Source: Candidatus Poribacteria bacterium (GTDB lineage: Bacteria > Poribacteria > WGA-4E > PCPOR2b). Taken from it: DNA of 64,000 bases. Shown here one piece after another: positions 51,112-60,532 of the stretch. The stretch spans positions 4,747 to 68,746 of the forward strand of contig JAJEAL010000117.1 in the NCBI GenBank assembly GCA_022822785.1, in the 5' to 3' direction. The first letter of the stretch is position 1. The number at the start of each line of letters is the position of its first letter. A model generated the notes under the pieces. That model worked only from the letters and a program-made list of their open reading frames with translations, searched no databases and was not told where the DNA came from. The position numbers and the translations under genes were made by a program.

Positions 51112-52452
51112 CTAGTAAAGCCCAAGGTAATTATCGGTTTCCCACTGACTGATGCTTTGGTGATAGCTTCGCCACTCCTCACGCTTAACTTCAATGTAAT
51201 AAGGCGCATATTCAGGTCCAAGTGCGCTCTGAATAACCGCGTCCTCTTCTAGGCAATCGAGTGCTTGACTGAGTGTTCTCGGTAGCACATCAATACCGCG
51301 TCGTTGCAGCTCGTCCAGTGGTACTTCGTAGAGGTTATCGTCGTTGCGCGTACCGGGAGCAATTTGGTTTTCGATACCATCGAGTCCGGCGGCGAGCGTT
51401 GCTGCCATAGCCAAATACGGGTTGGCGGCACCGTCCCCTGAACGGTTTTCAATCCGTCCGGCATCGGGGATACGGATCATCTGGGTCCGGTTGCTCCCGC
51501 CATACGTGATATAAACGGGTGCCCACGTCGCACCGGAGCGGGGTGCCCCGGAGATTAGGCGTTTGTAGCTGTTGACAAGGGGATTGGTGACGGCAACGAG
51601 TGCTTTTGCATGGTGCAGAATGCCGCCCATGAACCAGTAGGCGAGTTGTGAGAGACCGTTTTCATCGGATTCATCGAGGAAGTGATTGGTCTGATTTTCC
51701 GTATCCCACAGGCTCATGTGAAAATGTGCGCCGTTGCCGGTTAAGTTTGCAAACGGCTTGGGCATAAAGGTCGCCGTCAGTCCCTGCTCTTCGGCGACGG
51801 TCTTGACCATCCACTTGAAGAACGTGTGTCGATCTGCGGTGGTCAGTGCATCGGAATAGAGCCAATTGAGTTCAAACTGACAGTTAGCGTCCTCATGGTC
51901 GTTGGCGTATGGATCCCATCCTAACTCCTGTAGATACTTGATTAAGGTGGTCATTGTATCGAGGTTACGGTGGAGTGCCCGCAGATCGTAACAAGGCTTA
52001 CCGAGCGTATCGAGTGGATCCCACGGCGCGTAGCTGCCGTCCTCACCCCGTTTTAGCAGCATAAACTCTGCTTCGACGCCGACGTTGAAGAGATAGCCTT
52101 TTTGTTTGGCTTTTTCCAGTTCTCGCTGCAAAATGGTGCGTGGACAGTAGGGCCATGCGTCGTCGCCCACGTGCACATTTCCCGCCAACCACGCCACGTT
52201 TTCGCGCCACGGCACGATTGTGAGCGAATTAAAGTCGGGAAGGCTTGCCATATCCGGGTCATGTGGTCCCTGGCCCATCTCACCTGCTGCAAACCCTGCG
52301 AAACCAGCGCCCTCTTCTGCCATATCATCGATATGTGTCGTTGGCACTACCTTTGCTTTTGGCGCTCCAGCCATTTCTACAAAGGAACAGAGGAAAAACT
52401 CGATTCCCTTCTCTGCGACTAACGCTTTAACCTCATCTAACGTCATTATCAT
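51112..52452 (-). CDS. glnT: Type III glutamate-ammonia ligase / gamma-glutamylmethylamide synthetase (GmaS-like)
   Basis: EGAGFAGFA, NDHEDANCQFELN, TFMPKPF..TGNGAHFHMS, SGATWAP, NRTQMIR; clustered with glxBCD-like genes. Confidence 0.9.
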   Translation of the reverse strand: MIMTLDEVKALVAEKGIEFFLCSFVEMAGAPKAKVVPTTHIDDMAEEGAGFAGFAAGEMGQGPHDPDMASLPDFNSLTIVPWRENVAWLAGNVHVGDDAWPYCPRTILQRELEKAKQKGYLFNVGVEAEFMLLKRGEDGSYAPWDPLDTLGKPCYDLRALHRNLDTMTTLIKYLQELGWDPYANDHEDANCQFELNWLYSDALTTADRHTFFKWMVKTVAEEQGLTATFMPKPFANLTGNGAHFHMSLWDTENQTNHFLDESDENGLSQLAYWFMGGILHHAKALVAVTNPLVNSYKRLISGAPRSGATWAPVYITYGGSNRTQMIRIPDAGRIENRSGDGAANPYLAMAATLAAGLDGIENQIAPGTRNDDNLYEVPLDELQRRGIDVLPRTLSQALDCLEEDAVIQSALGPEYAPYYIEVKREEWRSYHQSISQWETDNYLGLY

Positions 52453-52556
52453 GGCTCCTTTCTCATTACCCTTCGATTTATTTCAACGCAAGGACGCAAA
52501 GTTTTTTATTATTTTATCTTCGCATCTTTGCGCCGTTGTGCCTTTGCGTTAAAAAT

Positions 52557-52664
52557 TATGGTAGATTTTAGAATTACTTAGACACTGCCAATCGGCGCAG
52601 TTGGAAACAGCGCCTACCCAACACGGGGACCGAAAGTGTTTATTTATTTTTAGAATTCACTATA
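52557..52664. repeat. MITE-like element with imperfect TIRs and internal hairpin
   Basis: tatggtagattttagaa ... ttttagaattcactata; internal ggcgcagtt-ggaaacagcgcc. Confidence 0.55.
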
Positions 52665-52673
52665 AAATAAATA

Positions 52674-54017
52674 TTATTCCCGTTCTTTCCACCCCGGTCC
52701 GTCGCCAAACACACGGTTCGTCCCGACGAGCGGGATGTCGCAAATCATTGATGCTTCCAAATTCAGTGCCCTGAGGTCTTCGGGATCGAGGTCGTGTACA
52801 TCTGCCTTGCCGCAAGCGCGGGCGAGGATCTGGATCTCCGAAGTCATCGCTTGCAGCAGGTTGGCGACGCGCTCTGCCGCCTCGTCGATGTCAAGGCGTT
52901 TCATCAGGTCGGGATCTTGGGTTGTAATCCCGACAGGACAGCGTCCTGTGTGGCAGTGGTGGCAATGGTACGGCTCGGTGCCGAGTTCGTGGTAGTCCTC
53001 GACATAGATAGGTTTGTTACAGTTTAGTGCCATCAGCCCTGCTGTGCCGATATAGACCGCATCCGCACCGAGCGCCATCGCCTTTGCTGCATCCACACCG
53101 TGTCGGATGCCGCCTGCGATGATGAGCTGCACTTCGCCGTACAGTCCGAGGTCTTCGAGTGCCGCGCGTGCCTCACATACGGCGGCGAGCGTCGGAACCC
53201 CTGTGTGTTCCTGACAGATTTCGGCGGATGCGCCGGTGCCGCCTTCCATCCCGTCCACGACGATGACATCAGCACCTGCCTTTGCCGCCAATTTCACATC
53301 ATCGAATACTCGCGTCGCGCCCATTTTCACGAAGATTGGCACCTGCCAATCGGTTGCCTCCCGTAATTCTTCAATTTTGATAATCATGTCGTCGGGACCG
53401 AGGAAGTCGGGATGCCGTGCCGGGCTGCGCTGATCAACGCCAAGGGGCAGATCCCGTTGTTCCGCGACCGTATCCAACACCTTTGATCCGAGCAGCAATC
53501 CTCCCGTTCCCGGCTTTGCGCCCTGTCCAATCGTCAACTCAATGCCGTCCGCCATCTGTAGATGGTGCACATCAATGCCGTAGCGGGAGGGTAGCACCTC
53601 ATAAATCAGCGCCCGGCTGTGCTCACGCTCCGCCATCAGCATCCCGCCGTCGCCCGTGGTATTGGACGAACCGACGATATTCGCGCCCTTTGCGAGCGCG
53701 ACCTTCGCGTTGTAGGAGAGCGCGCCCCAACTCATGCCGGTGATCATGATGGGAATATCAAGTTCAATCGGCTTTTCGGCGAAACGGGTGCCGAGAACGG
53801 TTTTGGGTGAACAACGTTCTCGATAGCCTTCGAGCGGAATGCGGGTCAGGGTGCAGGGGATGAAGGTGAGGTCGTCAAACGTCGCCCATCGCCGTTCACG
53901 CAACGTCCCAAATCCGCGGATACGATATCGCCCTAACTCCGCTTTGACTTGGATATCTTCAATGATGTCAGGGGTGAATGTTCCACTGGTTCGGAGGTTA
54001 TCTGATTTGTCTGGCAT
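52674..54017 (-). CDS. glxD: FMN-binding glutamate synthase family protein (N-methylglutamate synthase subunit C, MgsC/GlxD)
   Basis: GMSWGALS, GQGAKPGTGGLLLG, SPARHPD, CHHCHTGRCPVGITTQDP. Confidence 0.9.
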   Translation of the reverse strand: MPDKSDNLRTSGTFTPDIIEDIQVKAELGRYRIRGFGTLRERRWATFDDLTFIPCTLTRIPLEGYRERCSPKTVLGTRFAEKPIELDIPIMITGMSWGALSYNAKVALAKGANIVGSSNTTGDGGMLMAEREHSRALIYEVLPSRYGIDVHHLQMADGIELTIGQGAKPGTGGLLLGSKVLDTVAEQRDLPLGVDQRSPARHPDFLGPDDMIIKIEELREATDWQVPIFVKMGATRVFDDVKLAAKAGADVIVVDGMEGGTGASAEICQEHTGVPTLAAVCEARAALEDLGLYGEVQLIIAGGIRHGVDAAKAMALGADAVYIGTAGLMALNCNKPIYVEDYHELGTEPYHCHHCHTGRCPVGITTQDPDLMKRLDIDEAAERVANLLQAMTSEIQILARACGKADVHDLDPEDLRALNLEASMICDIPLVGTNRVFGDGPGWKERE

Positions 54018-54118
54018 TATAAAAAAGTTTCTCTCTCATGACTGTGGACGAATGAAGGCTGCCAAGTGTCCAGTTGTTGCCCACGCTTGCTGAAAATTCG
54101 CCAACGATGTCTGAGCGG

Positions 54119-54454
54119 TTAAGCCAGCCATTCGGCATTGGCATCGATCCTTTCTACTGTGTCTGTATCTGCTAGCAGTTCGCCCGTATCTGCGTCCACC
54201 AAAATTTCACCGACACGCCCAATGGTGCCTTTGGCAGGTGATGTAAGTACGACAGGTACTGACCAGCACAAGCGTTCACCGACATTCAAATCAGGGGTGT
54301 CACCGCAAAGTTGATTACTGATTTCACTGATGACAAATTGGGTAACCTTCTGCTGTGCTACAAAAGCTGTGATGTTTACTTGTGTTGTTATTTCAATTTT
54401 GAGGTCCACCGTTGCCCCTTCGGGGACTTGGACACCTTGAACATTCGTGGACAT
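54119..54454 (-). CDS. Small hypothetical protein inserted in the mgs operon
   Basis: RBS aaggagg; 111 aa; WSVPVVLTSP..G.VGEILVDADTGEL. Confidence 0.7.
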   Translation of the reverse strand: MSTNVQGVQVPEGATVDLKIEITTQVNITAFVAQQKVTQFVISEISNQLCGDTPDLNVGERLCWSVPVVLTSPAKGTIGRVGEILVDADTGELLADTDTVERIDANAEWLA

Positions 54455-54478
54455 TATATTACCTCCTTCTACAACGAA

Positions 54479-55189
54479 TTACAACGCTTCCCGCCACACC
54501 GCTCGCTCGTCCTTATCGAAGTTCCACAGCTTGCGCCCAGAGACAACTTTCTTAAAATTGCGGATAGCGGTCTGTGAATTGCCATCTGTGGAAGGAAGAT
54601 GCTGAGAGAGCGTGGATTCGAGGAAGGTGAGGTCTTCTTCGGTCGGTTCTTCAATTATGGCATCGTTGCCGAGTTCAGCGATATTACCACCGACAAAACA
54701 AACCGCTTCATACATCGAATCGGCGAACGCTTCACCGGTATCTCCGCAGACGATGATTGTCCCCCGCTGCGCCATGAAACCCGCCATATAACCGCAGTTG
54801 CCGCCGACGATAATCAGGCCACCTTTCATCGAAACGCCCAACCGCGCAGCCGCATCGCTGCGAATAACAACTGTCCCACCTCGGATTGAAGCTGCTGCGC
54901 CGTTGCCCGCATTCCCTTTGACAATAACAGTACCACCCATCATGGACTCCGCCAATCCCCAACCCGCGCTCCCTTTGATCCCGACGGTGGGACCGTCAAC
55001 CATCCCTGCACAGTAGTAGCCAACACTCCCGTTGAAGGTCAACTTCACCGGCTGTAGGATCGCCACGCCGAGATTGTGCCGTGCGCCAGGATTTCTCAGC
55101 CGGATGTCAGTCTTACCGTCCGCGATGAGGCGTTTGATTTCCGTGTTGATGTCGCGGGTGGTTTTACCGTCACAGATTATGTCTGCCAT
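54479..55189 (-). CDS. glxC: GXGXG-motif protein (N-methylglutamate synthase subunit B, MgsB/GlxC)
   Basis: NPGARHNLGV, GSVGYYCAGM, repeated GxAG units, DSMYE, SGRKLWNF. Confidence 0.9.
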   Translation of the reverse strand: MADIICDGKTTRDINTEIKRLIADGKTDIRLRNPGARHNLGVAILQPVKLTFNGSVGYYCAGMVDGPTVGIKGSAGWGLAESMMGGTVIVKGNAGNGAAASIRGGTVVIRSDAAARLGVSMKGGLIIVGGNCGYMAGFMAQRGTIIVCGDTGEAFADSMYEAVCFVGGNIAELGNDAIIEEPTEEDLTFLESTLSQHLPSTDGNSQTAIRNFKKVVSGRKLWNFDKDERAVWREAL

Positions 55190-56085
55190 ACACTCACATC
55201 CTTTGCTTGTGCTTCGCGCACCTCAGAGCCGTCCCCGAAGGCAGCCCGGATCGCGATCTCTTCAGTTGCGACAGCGACAAAATCATCTGTTTCGGTAAAG
55301 AGTAGCGGTTTGAAGGCGAAGGGATCTTTGGCAAATCCAATATAATCCGTTGTTGCTGCGAGATAACTGAAGGAACCGTCTAAATCGGTAAGCGACGCAT
55401 CTAACGCTTCTTTGAACCCCAGTCCTTGGGACAATTGATCTGCGAGGTAAACACCGATGACTTCGGAGTCGTTTTCCGTGTAGAATCTGACACCGCGTTG
55501 TTCGTAGATGCAGCGTAATTTGTGGTAGTTTGTGATGTGTCCGTTGTGGACAATGGCGAGGTCAGGATAGTTGTGCGCCCAGAAAGGTTGCGAGTGACTC
55601 AGATCGACACGGCTCTCTGTCGAAAGGCGGGTATGTCCCAAGCCGTGTGTGCCTCGGAATGTCGAGACGCTGTGGGTTTCATCGAGGTTCTGGGGTGTGC
55701 CGACCTGCTTGACAATTTCGAGTTCGCGTCCCATGCTAACAACTTCGATGTCTTCATCTAAGGACTCAATGAATTGTGTTAATGGTATTGCCTCTCCTCG
55801 CAGATCGATGACGAGCCGTAAATACTCAGCAGTTGTTTTCACTTCGTGCACGGAGCCGAATGCCTTGACCCCCTCTGCGATCGAAGTGCCCCTCTCAGCT
55901 GCGCCATCAAGTTCCCCCAATTTTATCTGCAGCGTGAACGCGCCATTTTCTGGAGGATGATAGAGTGCCACACCTGCCGAATCCGGTCCCCGCACTCCCA
56001 GTGCCGTGAGCATTGTGAGAACGGTCTTGCCCACAGGCGCGTTGCTATTTTGTGTTTTGTTTAAAAAACCAACGATACCACACAC
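55177..56085 (-). CDS. glxB: Class II glutamine amidotransferase (N-methylglutamate synthase subunit A, MgsA/GlxB)
   Basis: MCGIVG, RGPDSAG, GHTRLSTES, VHNGHITN; RBS aaggag. Confidence 0.9.
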   Translation of the reverse strand: MCGIVGFLNKTQNSNAPVGKTVLTMLTALGVRGPDSAGVALYHPPENGAFTLQIKLGELDGAAERGTSIAEGVKAFGSVHEVKTTAEYLRLVIDLRGEAIPLTQFIESLDEDIEVVSMGRELEIVKQVGTPQNLDETHSVSTFRGTHGLGHTRLSTESRVDLSHSQPFWAHNYPDLAIVHNGHITNYHKLRCIYEQRGVRFYTENDSEVIGVYLADQLSQGLGFKEALDASLTDLDGSFSYLAATTDYIGFAKDPFAFKPLLFTETDDFVAVATEEIAIRAAFGDGSEVREAQAKDVSVWQT

Positions 56086-56137
56086 CCTTAATTTCTCCTT
56101 AGTTGTGGTTCAGGCTATCACGTTCAAATGTGAACGG

Positions 56138-57073
56138 TCACAATTTATCAAGTTCCTGTCTTCTAATCGTGCTATTGATAACCGCGAAATATTCGTGTGG
56201 ACTTGGGTCATGGTCTTGATAAAACATAACCGCTGTTGGGAAATCTTGATTCAAAAGGTATGCCACATTTATCTGACGCACGTTCAGGTCGTACTTTGCC
56301 GCGAGGGCGGTCGCCTTTTCCCGAATCGCAAAATTTTCATCGGTATACCAGCGGTTCAATCGGCGATCTTCCGGCACGGAATCTCGGTTAAGCTCTCTTG
56401 GAATGAAGAATGATTGGTTGAAATCGGAACCCCACGCGAGGACTGGCAGCTGCTTCTGTGTGATCAGTTCCTTCATTGAGGCGTCAAAGGGGGTGTAACC
56501 CTCCCATACCCCCGACGTAGGCGTTGCAAGCGATAGCTCCGTCGTATTAACAAAAGAGAACCCACTGAGTTCCTTATTTTTTGCGTAATCCTGAGCTGCT
56601 TGAATCCTCGCAGGCGACCAATTGAATGGACCGTAGGCAGAAATCCGACCTTTCGCCTTCTCGACCTCTAGCACATCAATGATTTCGGCTGCTGGAATAC
56701 CCTCATTATCTCCTCCGAGCACCACAAGGTCGAGATAATCGATTTCCAGAAGGTTAAGATTCTCTTCGATGTCGTTGGAGACCGATTTTGGGGAAAAACG
56801 GCTCTCTTCCAACACTGAGGTGACCTCATCATGTCCGTGGCAGATTTGAAAAAAGAGAACGAGGTCATCTCTGATACCAAGACGTTTCATCCAGGAGGCG
56901 ACATGCTTGCGGGTCTGTGTCTCGCCTCCTTCGCCGTGCATATAGAAGCAATTACCGCCCAATTCCACAAACTCATCGAAATCTTTATCATCATGCGCTT
57001 TGCTTACACAATGCGGACCAATAATCAGGGGAGAAATTAAGCGTCGACAACCCTGAATTGGGATTGGTTTCAT
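56138..57073 (-). CDS. Divergent aldo/keto reductase family protein
   Basis: IEENLNLLEIDYLDL, GRISAYGPFNWS, QINVAYLLNQDFPT; catalytic residues appear degenerate. Confidence 0.75.
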   Translation of the reverse strand: MKPIPIQGCRRLISPLIIGPHCVSKAHDDKDFDEFVELGGNCFYMHGEGGETQTRKHVASWMKRLGIRDDLVLFFQICHGHDEVTSVLEESRFSPKSVSNDIEENLNLLEIDYLDLVVLGGDNEGIPAAEIIDVLEVEKAKGRISAYGPFNWSPARIQAAQDYAKNKELSGFSFVNTTELSLATPTSGVWEGYTPFDASMKELITQKQLPVLAWGSDFNQSFFIPRELNRDSVPEDRRLNRWYTDENFAIREKATALAAKYDLNVRQINVAYLLNQDFPTAVMFYQDHDPSPHEYFAVINSTIRRQELDKL

Positions 57074-57150
57074 CGCGTTTCTCCAACTTGCAACCATTTG
57101 TGGCGTATCTTATCACACTATCAGCGTCCTGTCAAACGTCGTAAAGACAT

Positions 57151-58344
57151 CTATTTGTCCCGCAAATCTTTGACGTCCACAGCCAATCCTGAAAACTTGT
57201 TCTTTTCAAGAAGGATTTTGGCGGTCTTTTCGCCGATCTGCACACCAATATGTTCGCCACCTTCTCGCGATTCGGCAATCTGATTTCCCCGAATCATAAT
57301 TGATTGGGTCTCACCCTGAATGTCAACGCCGATTCCATCTTTGTCCGATCCGCTGTTCGTAATCCGGTTGTTCTCCACTATGTTCCGATGCGGGCTGCGC
57401 CCTTCGTTTGGTTCGTTGCGGAAGGTAATGCCGACCTCTCCGCTGTCCTCGATTTGGTTGAGTCGGATAATATTGTCGGTGTCTCGATGCCCAATGGAGA
57501 TGCCATACTGATGGTTGTTGAGAATTTGGTTATTCTCTGCGATCCCGTGTTTCACGCCCCAGCAGAAGAAAAGCCCCAACCGATTTCCTGCAAGGTAATT
57601 ATCCTGCATGATCGGACGTTGGGAACCGGAGCCCGGATGCAACCCCAAATCAGCGTTGTTCAGGCTTCGGCAATTCGTCACAGTTACGTCGTGGCAAATC
57701 TGCCATGAGATGCCGTCGCCGTTATAGTTTCGCGCTTCGACGTTATCAATTGTTATCCGCTCACAGTCCTGCATGAAAATGCAGCCGGCATAATTCCCAT
57801 CGAGGTGTCCATTGTTAGGTTTATTGCCATCGAGGCCGAGATCTCGGATCTCAACGTCGCAGATATGTTCGCCGCTCAGGATCGGAAACAGGGTCGAGAT
57901 CTGTGCGTCATGGTCTGCCCAGAAGTTCTTTTCAAGCGATTTATCAAGCCAGAGACGGTTTCCTTCTTTTGCGATAATCGTGCGCTTGATGACATTCGAT
58001 CCACCGTGATGTGGGGTCTTTGCTCTGAGGCAAATCCCGTACCCTACCTCAAAGCCGTTGCTATTGGTGAGGGTCACGTCTGAATCGTACCAATCTGAAT
58101 CGAGGGCAAGCGGTGTGCTCACAGAAGGGTTTTTAATCAGCACCGTTTCATCGCCGCTCCCTTCGATCCGGATGTTACTTCGCAGATAGATCGCGTTGTT
58201 GAGATGATAGACACCGGGCAGGAGTTTCAGTGTACCCCCGCCGAGTGCGGCAAGATAATCAATGCCCGCTTGGATAGCACGATCATCGCTGCCGTTAATC
58301 TGTCCTTCATCTCTACCTACCGTCATTGATAACGAATTCTGCAT
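57151..58344 (-). CDS. Right-handed parallel beta-helix (pectate-lyase-like) protein
   Basis: DRAIQAGID..GGGTLKLLPGVY; repeated N.I.NN...GI coils; RBS aaggag before ATG 58344. Confidence 0.85.
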   Translation of the reverse strand: MQNSLSMTVGRDEGQINGSDDRAIQAGIDYLAALGGGTLKLLPGVYHLNNAIYLRSNIRIEGSGDETVLIKNPSVSTPLALDSDWYDSDVTLTNSNGFEVGYGICLRAKTPHHGGSNVIKRTIIAKEGNRLWLDKSLEKNFWADHDAQISTLFPILSGEHICDVEIRDLGLDGNKPNNGHLDGNYAGCIFMQDCERITIDNVEARNYNGDGISWQICHDVTVTNCRSLNNADLGLHPGSGSQRPIMQDNYLAGNRLGLFFCWGVKHGIAENNQILNNHQYGISIGHRDTDNIIRLNQIEDSGEVGITFRNEPNEGRSPHRNIVENNRITNSGSDKDGIGVDIQGETQSIMIRGNQIAESREGGEHIGVQIGEKTAKILLEKNKFSGLAVDVKDLRDK

Positions 58345-58410
58345 ACAAGACTCCTTTCGCCTCTGCCGACTTGTACGAATCATATCTTTTTTTCATTCTA
58401 AGGCAATCCG

Positions 58411-59367
58411 TCATTTCTCCTGCATTGATTGTTCGGCGGACAAACTCACCCGTATAGCTTCGAGGGCGGTGGCTGCGTCTCTATCTGCTGCGCTTGTCTC
58501 CTGAGTCTGGATTTCCTGTATCCACCGTTCCTGAAGCGAAATGTGTGGGGCCTCAACCGGGGGAATTTCCTCTACCCCTGCCCCGGTTGAACAGCGCCAC
58601 CTGCCACCACTATCGCTGATTGTGCCACCTGTCAGTACATAGCGGGCGTGCTGTTCGGATTCGTGGATTTCCACTCCTCCTGCCCAGACCCAACTCCCTA
58701 CCCCGCCGTTTCTGAACTCGACATTGACGGTATTGACAAATCGGTTATAATTGCCCTGATCGGTTAATCCTTCGTAGACTGCAGAACCTTCGACTGACCT
58801 GACACCTCCGAAGATATCGACAATGGGATAGATGTGGTAGACGAAAAAGTGTGCTGGTGGACCAGAAATGGGCAGATTAAACAAAATCTCCGGACGAACG
58901 CCGCGCCCCGGTGTCAGGCGCAGAAATGTGGTCAACAGTAGATCTCCGAGTTCTTCTGCTTTCTGTTTAATTGCTCGGTGTGAATTGGACACGGTTTCGG
59001 AGTGGTTGATCCGTAGAACACGTTGATTCCTTTGTGTGGCTTCAACTACGGCTTCACCCGCGTCAATTGACCGTGCCAGCGGATATTCCATAAAGACGTG
59101 TTTATCACAACGGAGCGCCGCGAGCGCGATTTCGGCGTGGGTGTCGTTGTGGGTGCAGATAACGACGCCATCCAGATTATCGCGCTGGACAAGCGTGTAC
59201 CAATCGGGGATAAACTCTGCGCCATGTTTTTCAGCAAGCGTGTTGCCTGTCTCAGTGTTTCTTGAAGCGATTGCTACAACCTCGACGGTTTCCATTTCAG
59301 AGAATCTCTCTGCATGGCGTGTTCCAGTACCACCAGATCCTATAATACCAATTCTTATTTTTGACAT
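58411..59367 (-). CDS. Gfo/Idh/MocA family oxidoreductase
   Basis: RIGIIGSGGTG, VVICTHNDTH, HVFMEYPLA. Confidence 0.88.
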   Translation of the reverse strand: MSKIRIGIIGSGGTGTRHAERFSEMETVEVVAIASRNTETGNTLAEKHGAEFIPDWYTLVQRDNLDGVVICTHNDTHAEIALAALRCDKHVFMEYPLARSIDAGEAVVEATQRNQRVLRINHSETVSNSHRAIKQKAEELGDLLLTTFLRLTPGRGVRPEILFNLPISGPPAHFFVYHIYPIVDIFGGVRSVEGSAVYEGLTDQGNYNRFVNTVNVEFRNGGVGSWVWAGGVEIHESEQHARYVLTGGTISDSGGRWRCSTGAGVEEIPPVEAPHISLQERWIQEIQTQETSAADRDAATALEAIRVSLSAEQSMQEK

Positions 59368-59633
59368 GTTCCTGACCTAACATATTGTGTGATGTATAAC
59401 ACCTGCATCTTATCACATTTCTACCCATTCACGCCACCCAAAATCCGAAAACCTAAATCAGGATTCGATGAAAAATCTAACGCAAGTTGCTTTGAATCCC
59501 GATCTTATCGGGGGCGCTATGACGCCAAGACATAAAGTTATTTTTCTTGGCGACTTTGTACCTTCGTGTTTTTGCGTTTTATTTGATCTGATTCTGAAAG
59601 TTCTATCATTCTGAGTATCTTTATTCAGAAAAT

Positions 59634-59661
59634 GAACTTTTATCTCTCCTGCGGTGTCATT
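59634..59661 (+). promoter_or_regulatory. Putative ECF-sigma-dependent (autoregulatory) promoter
   Basis: GAACTT (59634-59639), 16-nt spacer, GTCATT (59656-59661), ending 17 nt before the ECF sigma start; fits the generic ECF -35 AAC / -10 GTC-TC consensus. Confidence 0.6.
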
Positions 59662-59678
59662 CACAGTGAAAGTCTTTT

Positions 59679-60293
59679 ATGATGGAACAGTCAGACCAAA
59701 CCCTCATTTGCAAGATTGTGAAGCGCGATGCTGCTGCCTTTGAGATGCTTTTTGCCCGACATCGTGCGTCCGTTCGCCAGCATATCCTTAGCATCGTGCG
59801 GACTGAAAGTGCCGCTGAGGATCTGGTTCAAGAGGTGTTTTTGCGTGTCTGGACGCGCGCTGAACAGTGGAATGGTCAAGGCGAGTTCCAGGGTTGGCTT
59901 TTCCGCATCGCAACGAACCTCGCCCTCAATCATTTGCGCACCGTGCGGCGCCGGCGACAGGAACCCCTTGAACCACCGCCTGACGAATTCGACGATGAGA
60001 ATGAACGGCCGGCAGATCCAGATTGGATGATTGATACTTCGTCGCACGGTCCTGACGTGATAGTGGAGCAAACCGAGCGGTCTCAGCTGCTCTGGCAGCT
60101 TATTGATGGGCTGCCTCAAGAGAAACGAGAGGTGCTTCACCTCATATATGAGAAAGAAATGGCACTTCGAGAAGCTGCCATAGAGCTTGGCATTCCAGAA
60201 GGCACCGTGAAGTCGCGTTTACACTACTCCATAAGACATCTCGCCCGCGAATGGAAGGAAATCGCAAGCGATTGGGAAGAAGAGAAAGAGTGA
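59679..60293 (+). CDS. ECF (sigma-70 group 4) RNA polymerase sigma factor
   Basis: Region 2 AEDLVQEVFLRVW...WLFRIATNLALNHLR; region 4 LPQEKREVL...EAAIELGIPEGTVKSRLHY. Confidence 0.95.
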   Translation: MMEQSDQTLICKIVKRDAAAFEMLFARHRASVRQHILSIVRTESAAEDLVQEVFLRVWTRAEQWNGQGEFQGWLFRIATNLALNHLRTVRRRRQEPLEPPPDEFDDENERPADPDWMIDTSSHGPDVIVEQTERSQLLWQLIDGLPQEKREVLHLIYEKEMALREAAIELGIPEGTVKSRLHYSIRHLAREWKEIASDWEEEKE

Positions 60294-60318
60294 GCAGGCG
60301 GCAACGTTTTACACTTTC

Positions 60319-60484
60319 AAGACTTACGCAAATTTAGCACACAAGGGGTAGATTTTTGATTTTTAACCCCTTAAATCCCCCAACTCCCCTGACAAGGGGG
60401 GAAGATAAGAGGGATCTTCTTCCTTGTCTTTCCCCTCTTATCAGAGGGGTTCAGGGGGACTTATGAACGCGCTGCGTCTGTCCT
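60319..60484. mobile_element. Degenerate MITE (AGGACTTACGCA-type termini) containing nested long palindromes
   Basis: aagacttacgca ... tgcgtctgtcct; internal taaatccccc...gggggactta enclosing an imperfect ~30-bp inverted repeat. Confidence 0.65.
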
Positions 60485-60532
60485 AACTTTATAACTTACA
60501 CAAACGCAGTAGGAAGGAGATAGGAGGGTAGC

